Of a stretch of DNA of 64,000 nucleotides, positions 42,420 to 55,400 are shown one piece after another. A program made the translations under genes and the position numbers. Each line of letters begins with the position of its first letter. The first letter of the stretch is position 1. The notes below the pieces were generated by a model, which did not search any database, was not told the origin of the DNA, and saw only the letters and a program-made list of their open reading frames with translations. Origin of the DNA: the human T2T-CHM13v2.0 reference genome, Homo sapiens; the NCBI RefSeq assembly GCF_009914755.1, contig NC_060942.1, one strand, 5' to 3'.

Positions 42420-44400
42420 TAAAGGGTAGTCATAAAGATAAAACATAGGAACTCACAAAGAAAAAATAACCATTGAAATAGAAGGAATATAACAATTGAA
42501 GATAATATTTTACAAGCCTCTATAAAAATGAATTTGAAATTTTTGAAGAACTGGAAAAAGTCCTAGGGGGCTTGGATTTGTAAAAATTGACCCAATTAAA
42601 TAGAGAAAGCTTAAAGAGAATAAATTAGATAAAAATATAGAAAGTTTTCAAGAAACAATTCTAGCAAAAGTTCTAGGCTCAGATGTTTAACTTACAAAGG
42701 CCAGATAATCCTGAAAATGCATACATTATTTACAGATCATAAAAATTAAAGGAAAATATATAAATTATTTAATTATTTTATGGGACAAGGATAATATTAT
42801 TTACTAAACCTGATACAGTGCTAAATAAGTAAATAAAACCACTGTAATATCATATCAATTATGGATATCAATGCAAAAATACTAAATAAAATATCAGTAA
42901 ACAGAATTTAATACCACTTTTAAAATTGCCAACAATAAATAAGTGGGATTTATTTTATAATACTAATACCAAATCAATGTTTAAAACTCCATTAAAATAA
43001 TGAACCCTAGTAATAGATATAAACAGAAAACTTTTATGATTATCTCAATGCTGAAAAAGCTTTTTTCCAAAATCCAATATACATTTCTGATATAAATAGT
43101 CAAGAAGGTTGCCTGTAGTCCCAGCTACTCGGGAGGCTGAGGCAGGAGAATGGCATGAACCGAGGGAGGCGAGGCTTGCAGTGAGCTGAGATCAAGCCAC
43201 TGCACTCCAGCCTGGGTGACTGAGCAAGACTCCATCTCAGAAAAAAAAATATATATATATAGAATGTATAAATATCTTCTCAAAATTGTATATGTGTGTT
43301 TTTGTATTTGTGCATAGGTGAATGTGTGTATGTATGTCTTTGCTTGAATATAACTTAATCCTAAAAGAAGCATTACATCTATTAGGAAAATACTTACTCT
43401 AGGTTTTCCAGTTCAGGAAACCATTACAGATGCTCACTATTTCCACTACTACATGAAATTAAACTAGTGACATCAATCAATGTGAGAAGTCATGGAAAAT
43501 GTGTTAGAAAAATAATAATTGAAACAACAAAGTGAAATTAGCTTTATTAGCTGATGATAAAATAGTGTACTTGCAAAATCATGAAATCAATACATAAAAC
43601 TGTCTCACACAATAAGATAAATCAGTAAGGCATCAGGATATACAATTACTCCCCAGAATTAGTAGACTTTGTATGCACAAATAGCCAGTTTGAAAAAATA
43701 ATGGTTGTTACAAACTAATGTATAGTAACAACCATGAAGACAAAAATGCATAAAATGAACTTAAATAATTGGGAAAGCTATATAAGAAAAAATTGTAAAC
43801 ACCCTGAAAGATACAAAAACAGATATAGTTAAATGGAAATATATTTCTTTTTACTTGGATAAATGATTCATAGACATCATAAGCAGGTCAGTTGCTTTTT
43901 AAAGTTTAAAACTTCTCAAAAGGAATACAAATAATATTTTTATGAAGCTAGACAAATTAATAGTAAATTTGACATAAAATAATTATAAACAAATATGTAG
44001 AAAAACATAAAAAAGCTACAATGGTATATTAGCCCTATCAGGTATTAAATATACCATACAGTCTTTACATAATTTAAATAGCCAGAAAGAGTTAAGAGTA
44101 GACTAGAAGGTCCAGAAATAAATTCTAATATATATGAAAATTAGCGCATTACATCTATCTCAAATCTTTAGGGCAAATATGCACTTTTTAATAAGTAATG
44201 ATGGAACAACCATGTAACTATATAGAACAAGAAAATATATCCATACTCTATAACATACACAATAAAAAGCTCCAAATGACTTCAATATCTAAATGTAAAA
44301 ATGAATGAATGAATAAAACCATAGGAATATTAGAAGAAATTCCACTTCAGCATTGGTGTAGAAAAAGCTTTTATATTTATAATTTAAAACTCAAATGCAA
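42420..44400 (+). mobile_element. Old L1M ORF2 fragments
   Basis: atgattatctcaatgctgaaaaagc, ctgatgataaaatagtgtac, gaaggtccagaaataaa. Confidence 0.65.
43111..43260 (+). mobile_element. AluY-like right arm
   Basis: gcctgtagtcccagctactcgggagg...gagaatggcatgaac...gcttgcagtgag. Confidence 0.9.
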
Positions 44401-44405
44401 TAAAA

Positions 44406-44624
44406 TAGTAGTTCTCAATTAGATATGATTTTGTTGTACAGGTAACATCTAGAAACGTCTGTGGATAGTTTGGTTGCAACTGAAAAGAAAATGAGGTGTG
44501 TGTTACTGGTATCATGTAGGTAGAGGTCAAGAATGAGACTGTACATCCTACATTGCACAGGTCAATTCCCAGAACAAAACATTTCATTGTTCAAACTAGC
44601 CATCATGCTGCAGCTGAGAACTCT
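44406..44624 (+). mobile_element. MER20 hAT element
   Basis: gtagttctcaa...ggtagaggtcaagaatg...acatcctacattgcacagg...gctgagaa. Confidence 0.75.
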
Positions 44625-45000
44625 TAAAACAAGGGAAATGGTAAATACATTTTACTACATTAAAATGCATCTTTTGCTTGTCAACAATATTCAAAGTCAA
44701 AAAAACTGTGAGAAAATTTTTGCAAGATATATAAAAAATAAAAAGGTAGTAACCCTAACATATTTTTTAAAATCTACAAAGTTAAGATAAAAGGACCAAG
44801 AATTAGATAGAAAAATGGGCAAAGGCCATGAAAAGACTCTTTACATTCCCTCACATTCACACACAAGAGTTTTAAAAAGTGATCCTTAAAATATTGAAAT
44901 GCTGACCCTGCCATAATAGAAAGACCTTATTGAGCATCCCAGGCATTTATAAGTAGCACATTAAAGGCTGTGAGTGAAGAGTAAGGACCATGCTCCAGAA

Positions 45001-46031
45001 TAAAGGTTAGAAAACTTTTACTTTCCTTGTCCATGTGTTCTCATTGTTCAATTCCCACCTATGAGTGAGAACATGTGGTGTTTGGTTTTTTGTCCTTGCG
45101 ATAGTTTGCTGAGAATGATGGTTTCCAGTTTCATCCATGTCCCTACAAAGGACATGAACTCATCATTTTTTATGGCTGCATGGTATTCCATGGTGTATAT
45201 GTGCCACATTTTCTTAATCCAGTCTATTGTTGTTGGACATTTGGGTTGGTTCCAAGTCTTTGCTATTGTGAATAGTGCTGCAATAAACATACATGTGCAT
45301 GTGTCTTTATAGCAGCATGATTTATAATCCTTTGGGTATATACCCAGTAAGGGGATGGCTGGATCAAATGTATTTCTAGTTCTAGATCCCTGAGGAATCG
45401 CCACACTGACTTCCACAATGGTTGAACTAGTTTACAGTCCCACCAACAGTGTAAAAGTGTTCCCATTTCTCCACATCCTCTCCAGCACCTGTTGTTTCCT
45501 GACTTTTTAATGATCGCCATTCTAACTGGTGTGAGATGGTATCTCACTGTGGTTTTGATTTGCATTTCTCTGATGGCCAGTGATCGTGGGGTGGGGGAGG
45601 GGGAAAGGATAGCATTATGAGATATACCTAATGCTAAATGACAAGTTAATGGGTGCAGCACACTAACATGACACATGTATACATATGTAACAAACCTGCA
45701 CGTTGTGCACATGTACCCTAAAACTTATAATAATAATAAAATTAAAAAAAAGAATTCTGACAGATTAAAAAATAAACAAATAAATAAATAAAAAATAAAA
45801 AATACACACACACAAAAGAAAACTTTTACTGTAGAAGGCTAAATAGTAAATATTTTAAGCTTTGTGAGACATACAATTTCTGTCACAACTGCTCAAATCT
45901 ACCATCATAATGTGAAAGCGGCCATAGACTAGACATAAATGAATAAGCATGACTGTGTTCCAATAATATCTTTTCATGAAAACAAGCAACAGGCCAGATT
46001 TGGGCTATGGGTCATAATTTGCTTAACCCTG
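45001..46031 (+). mobile_element. MER58A-like hAT element split by an L1
   Basis: aaacttttactgta...atagtaaatattttaagctttg...gccatagac...ctgtgttccaataa...aaccctg. Confidence 0.8.
45023..45816 (+). mobile_element. Young L1PA (PA3-5-like), 5'-truncated and inverted (45023-45585 minus, 45586 onward plus)
   Basis: Perfect 14-bp TSD AGAAAACTTTTACT at 45009-45022 and 45817-45830; near-consensus ORF2 C-terminus. Confidence 0.96.
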
Positions 46032-46129
46032 ACTTAAAGTCAAAGGCATGATTTAGGACAAGGTTCTAGACTAAAATGGGCCTGTTTTAATAAGGAATAA
46101 AAGTATACCTAACAGGGACAAGATAATTT

Positions 46130-47090
46130 TCCAATAATTTAGCTTACAATTGAACAAAACTCAAAACCATTTTTAAAAAAATGGTGACATAATCTCATGA
46201 ATCATCATCAATGTCAAACATGCCATCAGAAATTTTTAAAATACACAAAGAAGCAGAAAATGTGACTCATAGTCTCAGGAGAAATCAGTCAAGGAAAAAA
46301 AGTGAAATGACCCAGATATTTGTATTAAGTAAGGACTTAAAAGTAGTTATTGTAAATATGTTTAAGAATTTGAAGTATGGATTATGACTGCACAGACAGG
46401 AAATAGTAGAAGATAAAGACAGACTATATAAAAAGAACTGAAATGAAATTGTAGAGCTGAAAATGACCAGATCTGAAATAAAAACTTTACTCAATTGACT
46501 TAACATTTTATTAGATACTGCACAAGAAAATCAAGTCAATAGGAATTATCTATTCTGAAGGAAAAAATAGAGAAAACTGTTTAAATTATATAGAGACTTG
46601 TAAACCATAGGACAATAGTAACTGGAGTTGCAGAGAGAGGAGAAACTTAATAGAGCTGAAAAACATATTTGGCAATATATGAGTTCAAATTTTCCAAAAT
46701 GTTGAAAATAAACAATATGTACAGTTCCAAGTGGCTCAGTAAACCTCAAGCAGGATAAATGCAAAAAAAGAACCATGCTTAGGCACATAATTAAACTGAC
46801 AAAAGCTAAAGATGTCTTAAAAAAAATTCCGAATTAAAAAAAAACCTTATTGAAACAGCAATATGTATAACTTACTATTTATAACTAACTCTGAAAATCA
46901 AGAAAAAATGAGATTACATGAAGAAAGAGACATAAATTCCGTCAACCCAGAATACTATAACCAGCAAAAATGTCCTTCAAAAATGAGTGTCAAGTAAAAA
47001 TATTTTCAGTAAACAAAAACTGAGGTAATTAATTGCTCATAGAATTGCATTATAATAAATGCTAAAGGAAATTGTTTAAGCTGAGAGAGA
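46130..47090 (+). mobile_element. Old L1M ORF1-region fragment
   Basis: gaaaatgtgactcata, aaattttccaaaat, caacccagaatactataaccagcaaaaatgtccttcaaaaatga. Confidence 0.7.
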
Positions 47091-47702
47091 CATACACATA
47101 TATGCACATATTTAATATATATGAAGAAGAAAGAGAAAGTAAGGCAAATGGAGCAAAATATAGACAATTAGTGAAAATGGATAAAGGACATATTGGAATT
47201 TCTTGGTGGTTTTAAATAAATTAAAATCACACAAAAATAAACTGCTCCAAAATAATGTTTTATTCACCAAGATGACCTTGGTGAATATCTTTTCTATGCA
47301 CATGATTTGTATAGATGTACATGTGTATGTGTGTTGTATGTTTATAAATGAAACAAAATGGTATATTTTTCTTTTAATCTTAGTAATGTCGCTAACTAGA
47401 CAAGTGACTCTATGTTTAACCTTTATGAAAATAACTTTCTGTAACTGGAGAATGAACATAGTTATATTAATTTTACATTCCTCAAAAAATGAGTATATAT
47501 GTGAAATTCTTCAATCTTTAGAAATACAAAATCTTATGAGATTCCCATTGTAACTGGTGTGAGTAATGAGCCCTTTTTCTTATTACTATAAACATTCAGT
47601 CAAGATAAGTTTAACTTTACGGCCACTGAGGCCATTTAAAATTATGGAATTCTATAATTTGATCATTTAGAAATACTTTATGTCAATGAACACCAGCAAA
47701 TG

Positions 47703-47828
47703 TGTACTATGCTTACTACCTGAGTGGTGATATAATCTGTGCACCAAACCCCCAGGACATGGAATTTACCTGTATAACAAACCTGCACAAGAACCCTCAA
47801 ACCTAAAATTAAATTTGAAAAAAAAAAA
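47703..47828 (+). mobile_element. L1PA15-16-like 3' terminal fragment
   Basis: ataatctgtgcaccaaacccc...taacaaacctgcaca...acctaaaat + A tail. Confidence 0.8.
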
Positions 47829-48784
47829 CTGCTAATATAGTTAGGTACCAATGTGATCTAAACCTAGAATCATGCAATAAAGTTATTAAAATTGTAGATC
47901 TTGAATGGCAATCCTAGAAATTCTTAGTAAACCTGAGCTTTCTCAGGCATAGTTCATATCATGTATTTTGTTTTCTGCCTATTGCCATACTTTTTGTTTC
48001 TGTAAACTGGACACTTGACTATTACAATGCACCAACTTTAGAAATCAGATTCTATCTCCTTCCCAGGGATTTGTCAAGATTTGTTGTTCATTCTATTATA
48101 CTTATTGTTGGCTTCTTTGGTACTATCGTGAACTTAGTCCATAAAGTCTGTATTATTTCTTATAAATGTCTCCTGCAGTTTCTGTTATGTTTTCTTCATG
48201 ATCAGCTAATGGTCATTTTTTCTTTAAGTGACTAGAACCAAAAAATCTCCTAGTCTCTGCTGAGGGATTCTGTGTCTATTTGGGGCACATTTTCCACATT
48301 TATCAAGGCAGTTAACAACTTTGCCTTAGCCTTCACTTCCTGCTTTCATTAAGCTTCAGGGTCAGCAGGAGATGAGATCTTAGTAAAGTCTTCTTATATC
48401 TTTCCTGAACACACATACAGCCCTGAACATGTAGGTGGGATTTTAGATTCCAGGAATATCTTGGGGTTTTTCAAAACCCTTAACAACATTTCGTTCCTGA
48501 GCCTTTCTTCTCAAGCTTTTTGGTTAGCTTTTTATCTGTTCCAATTGCTATCTAGTACCTCAGGCAGTGGCAACCTAAGATATTAGTTTATAAATATTTT
48601 CGCCATACCACCAGGGAAGCAGCTTTAGTACTAAACTAGCTTAAAGTTTGTTCAAATAAGCACAAGCCTTTTAAACTGTTCTTTCAGCAAGCAACTGGGA
48701 ACAGGTCAAATCAAATAACTAATTACAGTTTTTTACAAGTAATTCCTCTTTTATACATTTTGGTACTGGAATATAGCCTGTTTT

Positions 48785-49089
48785 CTCCTCCTCCTCCTTC
48801 TGCTCCTCCTCCAGGCTCTCACTCTGTTGCCCAGGTGGGAGTGTGGTGGTTTGATCATGGCTCACAGTAGCCTCTATCTCCCAGGCTCAAGCAATCCTCC
48901 CACTTTAGCCTCCCACATAGCCAAAGCTACAAGTGTGTGTCACCACACCCAGCCAATTTTCTAATTTTTGGAAGAGACAAGGTCTCTCTCTGTTGCCTTG
49001 GCTGGTCTCAAACTCCTTGGTTCAAGCAATCCTCCCACCTCAGCCTTGCAAAGTGCTGGAAGTACAGGCATAAGCTACCATGCCCATCC
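48785..49089 (-). mobile_element. AluJ with (CCT)n in place of the poly-T tail
   Basis: ttgatcatggctcac, caggctcaagcaatcctcccac (J diagnostics). Confidence 0.88.
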
Positions 49090-50590
49090 TCAGCCTGTTA
49101 TTTTCATGGGTACCAAGCTTGGGAGTAAACAATGGCTAGGGGCAATTTAAAATGCCACAGAGTTTGCTATTATTACCAAGAATCAGCTATTTTTTTCCTT
49201 CAATAAATGGTCCCTAGTTTTTCTTGAATAAGAGTTCCCAACAAAGCTTTCACAAGCCTTTGGGTAATACCTAGAATTTCAACAACAACAAAGAAAATTG
49301 ATTCCAACAGTTTTTATCTGCTTTTTAATATTTTTTTAATGGAAGGGAAGAATTTGAAGTTCTTTACTTTACTTTTTTGGTTGACATTGCTTCATTTTTT
49401 TTTTGTTTTTGCTAAATTACAAAAAAAGTAAATTATTATTTCTATATTTTATTTGTATAAATAAATTGTACCTATATGTATGTATACATACATAATTATA
49501 TGTGTGTGTGGATTTTTTAAAAACTGCACTTTATATTTCATGATAAGTTGTACTGTGCTTCACTCATTATTTAAACCTATTTTGATCATGTACCCTTTCG
49601 CCCATTAGTATAGTATTTGAACATTTTTGCCTACCTTTTGGAAAAGATAAGATAAAAATATTGGTGGTTAGCAATCGCATATTTGGACTCCATGCTTATG
49701 ATTTGACCTCATAGTCCCTTGAGCACTATTGACATTTTTGCTTATGAGTATGTTGAAAATAAGTCCTGATTTGCCTGATTCCATTCTGATTTACACCTAT
49801 ATCTGGTTGTGGCTGTCAAAAAGCACATTAAAAAAAGGAAAAGAGAGAGAGTCCTGGTTTAGACTCTACATTATATGATGACCCTACTTACAACATTTCC
49901 AAAAAAAAAAAAAAAAGAGTATGTCAGTGAATTTCAATGATACTCAATTTAAAAAACCCTTCCAGTATTTCCACTAAAAATCAAAAGCTCTGAGAAATGG
50001 TTATGTGAAGTACAGAAGCCTGGTTTAAATGTTGAGTCTACCTACAACAGAACTTAGCAAGTAATTTCTCTTAACAGTGTTTCAATTTTCTTTTTGTAGC
50101 ACGAGGTTTGTAAACTAGTAATTCCTTAGGCTGACTTAGATATAACAAGCTTTTTAATCTCTTATGTGTGTTTATCAAATATTGAAAGGTTTTGATAGAG
50201 TAAATTTAAATATATTTTGAATCAAGACCAATATTGTTAACTATATGTGAGATATTTTTTAGTAAGTTCTATGATGTTATAAAGGAGTCCCTTGGAGCCA
50301 GCACCCCTGTGAGGTTCACTCTTTAATAAAATTTTAAATAAAAAGCAAGACTATTCTCTAAATAGATAGAATACTTTAGCAATTTATTATCCCAAGAGAC
50401 TATGAGATAACATATATAGGTGTCTACATTAAGAAATAATTTAATGGCATTAAAAATTATATTTATAAAATATTTAAAGTTATAAATACTCATGATAATT
50501 GTATATAAAAAGAACTCTACAATATATGCAACATAATCCAAAGTTTTCATATATTTTAAAAGAAAGGAAGAAAATGAGACCATGTATTAA

Positions 50591-50715
50591 TATTATGAGC
50601 TGAATTGTGTCCCTCTAAATTCACATGTTAAACTCCTAACCCCTAGTATTTTAAAATATGACTGTATTTGGAGTTAGAAACTTTAAGAAAGTAGATAAGA
50701 CAAAGTGAACTCATG
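50591..50715 (+). mobile_element. MLT1-type LTR 5' fragment
   Basis: tgaattgtgtccctctaaattcacatgtt...tgactgtatttggag. Confidence 0.7.
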
Positions 50716-51109
50716 TAAAAAATTGTTCTTAAAATACAGAGGGGATTAAATACTAGCTCTGCCACTTACTAGGTTTGTGAACTTTCTCAGTTGCAGATTC
50801 CTAATCTGTGAAATAAGGATTAAAAACTCTATCTTACTACATTATTGCATATAACTTGTTTATTTATGTCACTGATACTCTATAAGTATCAATAAATGAT
50901 GGTGGTAGCATTAATATCTGTAAAAGTAGTACCAGTGTGGATAATGGCATGGCTAAAAAAGATGTTTTTTAAAAATGTAATTATGTGTTTTCCAAATTTC
51001 CTACAGTGGTCAAACTGTACTAATTTGGAAAAAATTAATGAATTCAATTTAAAAATATTTTTAGAATATATAGATAAAGTCCTTATAGTTAATCATCTGT
51101 AAAAAGTGC

Positions 51110-51907
51110 TGTCTTATTCCACTTAGGCTGCTATAACAAAATATCATAAACTGGATGGCTTATAAACAATCCAATATATTCCTCACAGTCAGTTCTGGAG
51201 GCTGAGGAGTCCAAGATCAGGGGGCAAGTAGATTTAACGTCTGGCATTGATATAGTTTGTATATTTGTCCCCACCCAAATCTCATGTTGAAATGTAATCC
51301 CCAATGTCGGAAGTGTGGCCTGGTGGGAGGTGTAGAGATCATGGGAGTGGATTTCTCGTGAATGGCTTGGGCCATACCCTTGGTGATAAGTGAGCTCTCC
51401 CTCTGAGTCTACATGAGATCTGTCAATTTAAAAGTATATGGCACCTTCCACAGCCCCTCTTTGCTCCTGCTTTTGGCATGTGAAGTGCCTGTTCCCACTT
51501 CACCTTCTGACATGAGTCAAAGTTCCTTAAGGGTCCCCAGGAGCTGGGCAGATGCCAGTGCCATGCTTGCTGCATAGCCTGAAAAAACATGAGCCAATTA
51601 AACCTCTTCTTTAAAAAATAAATTACACAGTCTCAGGTATTTCTTTATAGCAATGCAAGAATGGCCTAATACTCTCCTGGTTCTTAGATGCTTGTCTCCT
51701 ACTGGTGTCCTCAAATGGCAGAGAGAGAAAGCAAGCTCTCCTGGGATTGCTGTAAGGACAAAAATTCCATTCATGAGGGCTCAATTCTCATGACCTCATC
51801 TAATCCTTATTACCTCCCAAAGACCCCACCTTCTAACACTGTTACAGTAGAGGGTATAGTTTCAGCATATGAATTATTGGAAGTACAAAAGTATTCAGTT
51901 TATAACA
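51110..51907 (-). mobile_element. MLT1A-like LTR split by an MST LTR
   Basis: ggctgctataacaaaa...gttctggaggctg / cattcatgagggc...cagtttataaca; TSD AGTGC/AGTGT. Confidence 0.85.
51248..51672 (+). mobile_element. MSTA/MSTB-like LTR
   Basis: tgatatagtttg...cccacccaaatctcatgttgaaatgtaatcccca...gagccaattaaacctc...ggcctaatac. Confidence 0.9.
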
Positions 51908-51929
51908 AGTGTTAACATTTTTAAACACA

Positions 51930-52470
51930 TCTGCCAATGACCTCTAGATGCAGGCCTGCACTCAAACAAAGTTGGGTTTATTTAGCTTCCAGCAGCAAAG
52001 AAGAATATACATAAGAGGAAACAAACAGCATCTTGGTAAAAGAGAGTTATGAATAGGTTATTATGGAACTCGAATATGTACAAGATGATTCTAAGGAGGT
52101 TGTACAGAAAGCAGTGGCCATTTCGGAATTGCAGGCTGTCAGGAAGCAGGGGTAATGTTGTGATAGGGTATCTTTGTAACTTTTAGCTAGAGGTGAGAGG
52201 ATTAATGTGAAATTAGAGCTGTTACTGGTGAACAAATAGTGATCATTCATGTTGGCTGGAAGAGGAGATACATATTTTTGTGGGTCCATGGTGTCTTTTC
52301 CAGCTAGTTTCATCATAGAGTCTCTGGGTCACTGTTATGTTCCTCCAAGGTCACACAGTGGGTTTGTCTGTGAAAGTTTCGTTTTGTGTTTTTGGTTCAT
52401 GTTCAGTTGCTAACAGCCCAGCCTGGCTTCTTTGGCTCTCAGCTTCTAGCTGCTAACTGCCAGACTTTCT
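51930..52470 (-). mobile_element. Possible ancient LTR (family not identified)
   Basis: Minus-strand AATAAA near the left end and LTR-like composition only. Confidence 0.3.
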
Positions 52471-55400
52471 CTTCTTCTTCTTCTTCCTCTTTTTTTTTTA
52501 ATTTTCTTAACTTTCTTGCAGTTTAAAGACTGCTGATGTGGATGTCCCAGGAGAAATTATGGCATCACATTCTAAATTTCTTAGTTATTCTTTGTAGCCA
52601 TTTGTCAGTACTAAATAGACCACCCTGCTGGACAAATTGCAAACTGGTGCTCAAACTTAGTTTATAAGTAAATAAGATTGACTCAATATAATATTAATAT
52701 TACAAGGTTTTTTTTTTTTTGCAAAAATAAGGTTGTCTCACTGCAATTCCATTAATTTTTCGATGAAGAATTAACTCCCAGTCATTTGGAGCCTAAAACA
52801 CACCCCCTCCCAAAGTAGGAGTTTATAGGTAAAGTGTCTATTAAGTGTTATGTATTGAACAACATAGGGAGAAAGATTCGGTATGTTGGCAGGCCTGAAT
52901 TCTAACTGGTGAATTACTTTAAATGTGATACATTGAAATGATTTGCTTGCTGGGAGAGGTTCTGTGAGCTTGGTGGATTCTCTACTGCTTCCTGCTTACC
53001 CCGAAGGCTGCATAAGCTGCGGGGAACATGGAGGAGAAGGTGAAGAGAATCTTATAACCTTGTCTAATTGCTTCTGCATGAAGCACTTGGCTGTCCTGCT
53101 GAGATTTCCTGGTGCCTGTGTGTTGGGGTGCAGGTGGGAAATGAGAGGCAGAAGGACATTTGGAGAGAGATTGCTTTAAGCTACTTCCTTATAGCAAGGA
53201 ACAAAAATGTTCTCATTTCCTTCTATCCTGATGGTGAACTGGAATCCAGCAAAGCTTCAAAAATTAGAGGACTCTCACAGGGCCTCACTGAAAGAAGGCA
53301 GGTAATCAACAGAGGCAATTTTTAAAAGTAATAATCAGAGGGGCGCGATGTAGAACTTGCAATTACATGCTGGAGAAAGTTGAACTGTGAAGGGCCTGAA
53401 TTCACAGGGGGCAAGAATCCAGCTAAGGACCCTGCTAATGAATTCAAAAAGGCTGTTCTTGCTTCGAAAATGTCAAAGAATAAGAATCAGTTAAATCGTA
53501 GAAGGGGGAACACAAAAAACCTTAGTGACCGATCATGGTAAAAGAATGTATGAGTCATTTAGATATTGATTTAGGGGAGTTTTTTATTAGATGAAGAAAA
53601 AAAATAAATGCTTACTTCTAGGGTTAATAAATTTGAGTTAAAAATTCCTGTGAAGGTTTAGTAAATCAAAAAAGTGCTGAACTCTAAGGTAAAACACACA
53701 CACACACACACACAAATATATATACATATTAAAAAAACCTTTGATAGATTGAACAAGAAAGACCTCAGTGAAGGGCAGCCAATCTACAAAGAATGATTAA
53801 GTGGAGGATAAGAGTACCAGGTCTAAGTTAGTTATTTGTGGAGAGCAACACAGAACTAAGACAATGACATTTTGTGTCTTTTGGAAAGCACTGGCTGCTT
53901 AAAATACCAACTGCCTAGAGTATGCTTCCTCAGGTAGGATAATCAGTAGGAAACTCTAGCATTCTTAAGAATTGCATGGTAATTTCCAAAAACCTTTTCC
54001 ATTATTATAAATAATTTACTTAGAGTAAATTAACCTTTTTGATCGTAGACATTGCTATTGTTTCCATACAGGTCCAAGATAGGGAGATTAAGCAACATGA
54101 AAATGCAAGGCAATTCTTCCTGAAAACCTTAAGTTTTATTTTCCAGAGTTCCCTGCTATTCCTTTCTGCTCTACTTATCTCATCTCTGGGGAATCCTCCC
54201 CAGATACCTCAGGTATGCAGCTACCTGTGAGAAATAGTCCCTCTCCACTATTAAAATGTGCTTTGGGGAAATACTGTGCTAAAGACATTCACATTGAGAT
54301 GTAGCTGATCAAAATTTGTGTAAACAGTATTTTACTAGGTGGAAAAGCTTTGTAAGGCTGAGGAGTAAAACTTTAATGGAGGGATTCAGATGGAAACCAT
54401 TAGGTAGAACTTGTCTATGGCACCTATATATGAAATTTCACTAACATCTCCATGTCCTCTTTTCCTCCATGTCATGCTTGCTCTGCTCCCATTTCTGTTT
54501 CTAAGAGATTCATTTTAGATTTGACTGGGCTAAGTGAATTCAATGACCACAGCCCCTCAAGGCCTCTTCCCAGATTTAAAGACTTTTCTTTGCTGAAAAT
54601 AGGGTCCCATGAACTAAAGAGTGACTGAATGCAAAGCATGTCTAGGCACAATTAGGGAAGAGAAAATTGGGGAATTAAGCAAAGTGGTAATAGGACTCAG
54701 TAAGACATTACTGAGTACTGACATAGTTAAATGAAACAGGAGGAAAAGAGTTGAAAAGCAAGACTGCTGGGAAGTGATATGGCTGCTGGTTTTGACAAAG
54801 AAGGCTCAATCCAACAACACATCTCTTATTTTATTGTTTTGGAATCTTCATTCTCAGCCCAGAGAGTGGCTTGGCAAAGTGAAACATACCTAATTGGACT
54901 TGCAGGGTGAGTGTGGCACAAAAAAAAAAAGGATGGGTAATAAGGTCAGTTTGTGTTCAGGCATTCTAAAAGTCAGATGAAAGTCAAGGGCCAAGTTGAG
55001 AACATGTTCTAAACCCAAGAGGGAACTGAGGCTCTGAACCAGTTAACATCATGATCATTTAAATGACAAGGGTCTTTTCTTCTTTCCCTTTTAGATTAGA
55101 GATGACTTCCTCTTGAGCCAAATAGTTTTTTTTTTCCTGTAGTGTTGCTCTTGTTGGTCCTGTGATCTTTGAGTGGGGCTGTAGTTGAAGATGCTAATGA
55201 CTGCCACTTGTGTTTAGTGGAAAACAAGAAAGAGACAAAAGACCCTGAACACCACTGGCAGTAATTAACAATGCAAACAGCACAGTCAATAAAATTCAAT
55301 AAATATTTTTGAATATCTACTTAAAACCTGCCACCATGCTAGAGATATAAAGATGGGTAAGTATAAAATCAGAAAAAAACACCACATGGATAATTCACTG

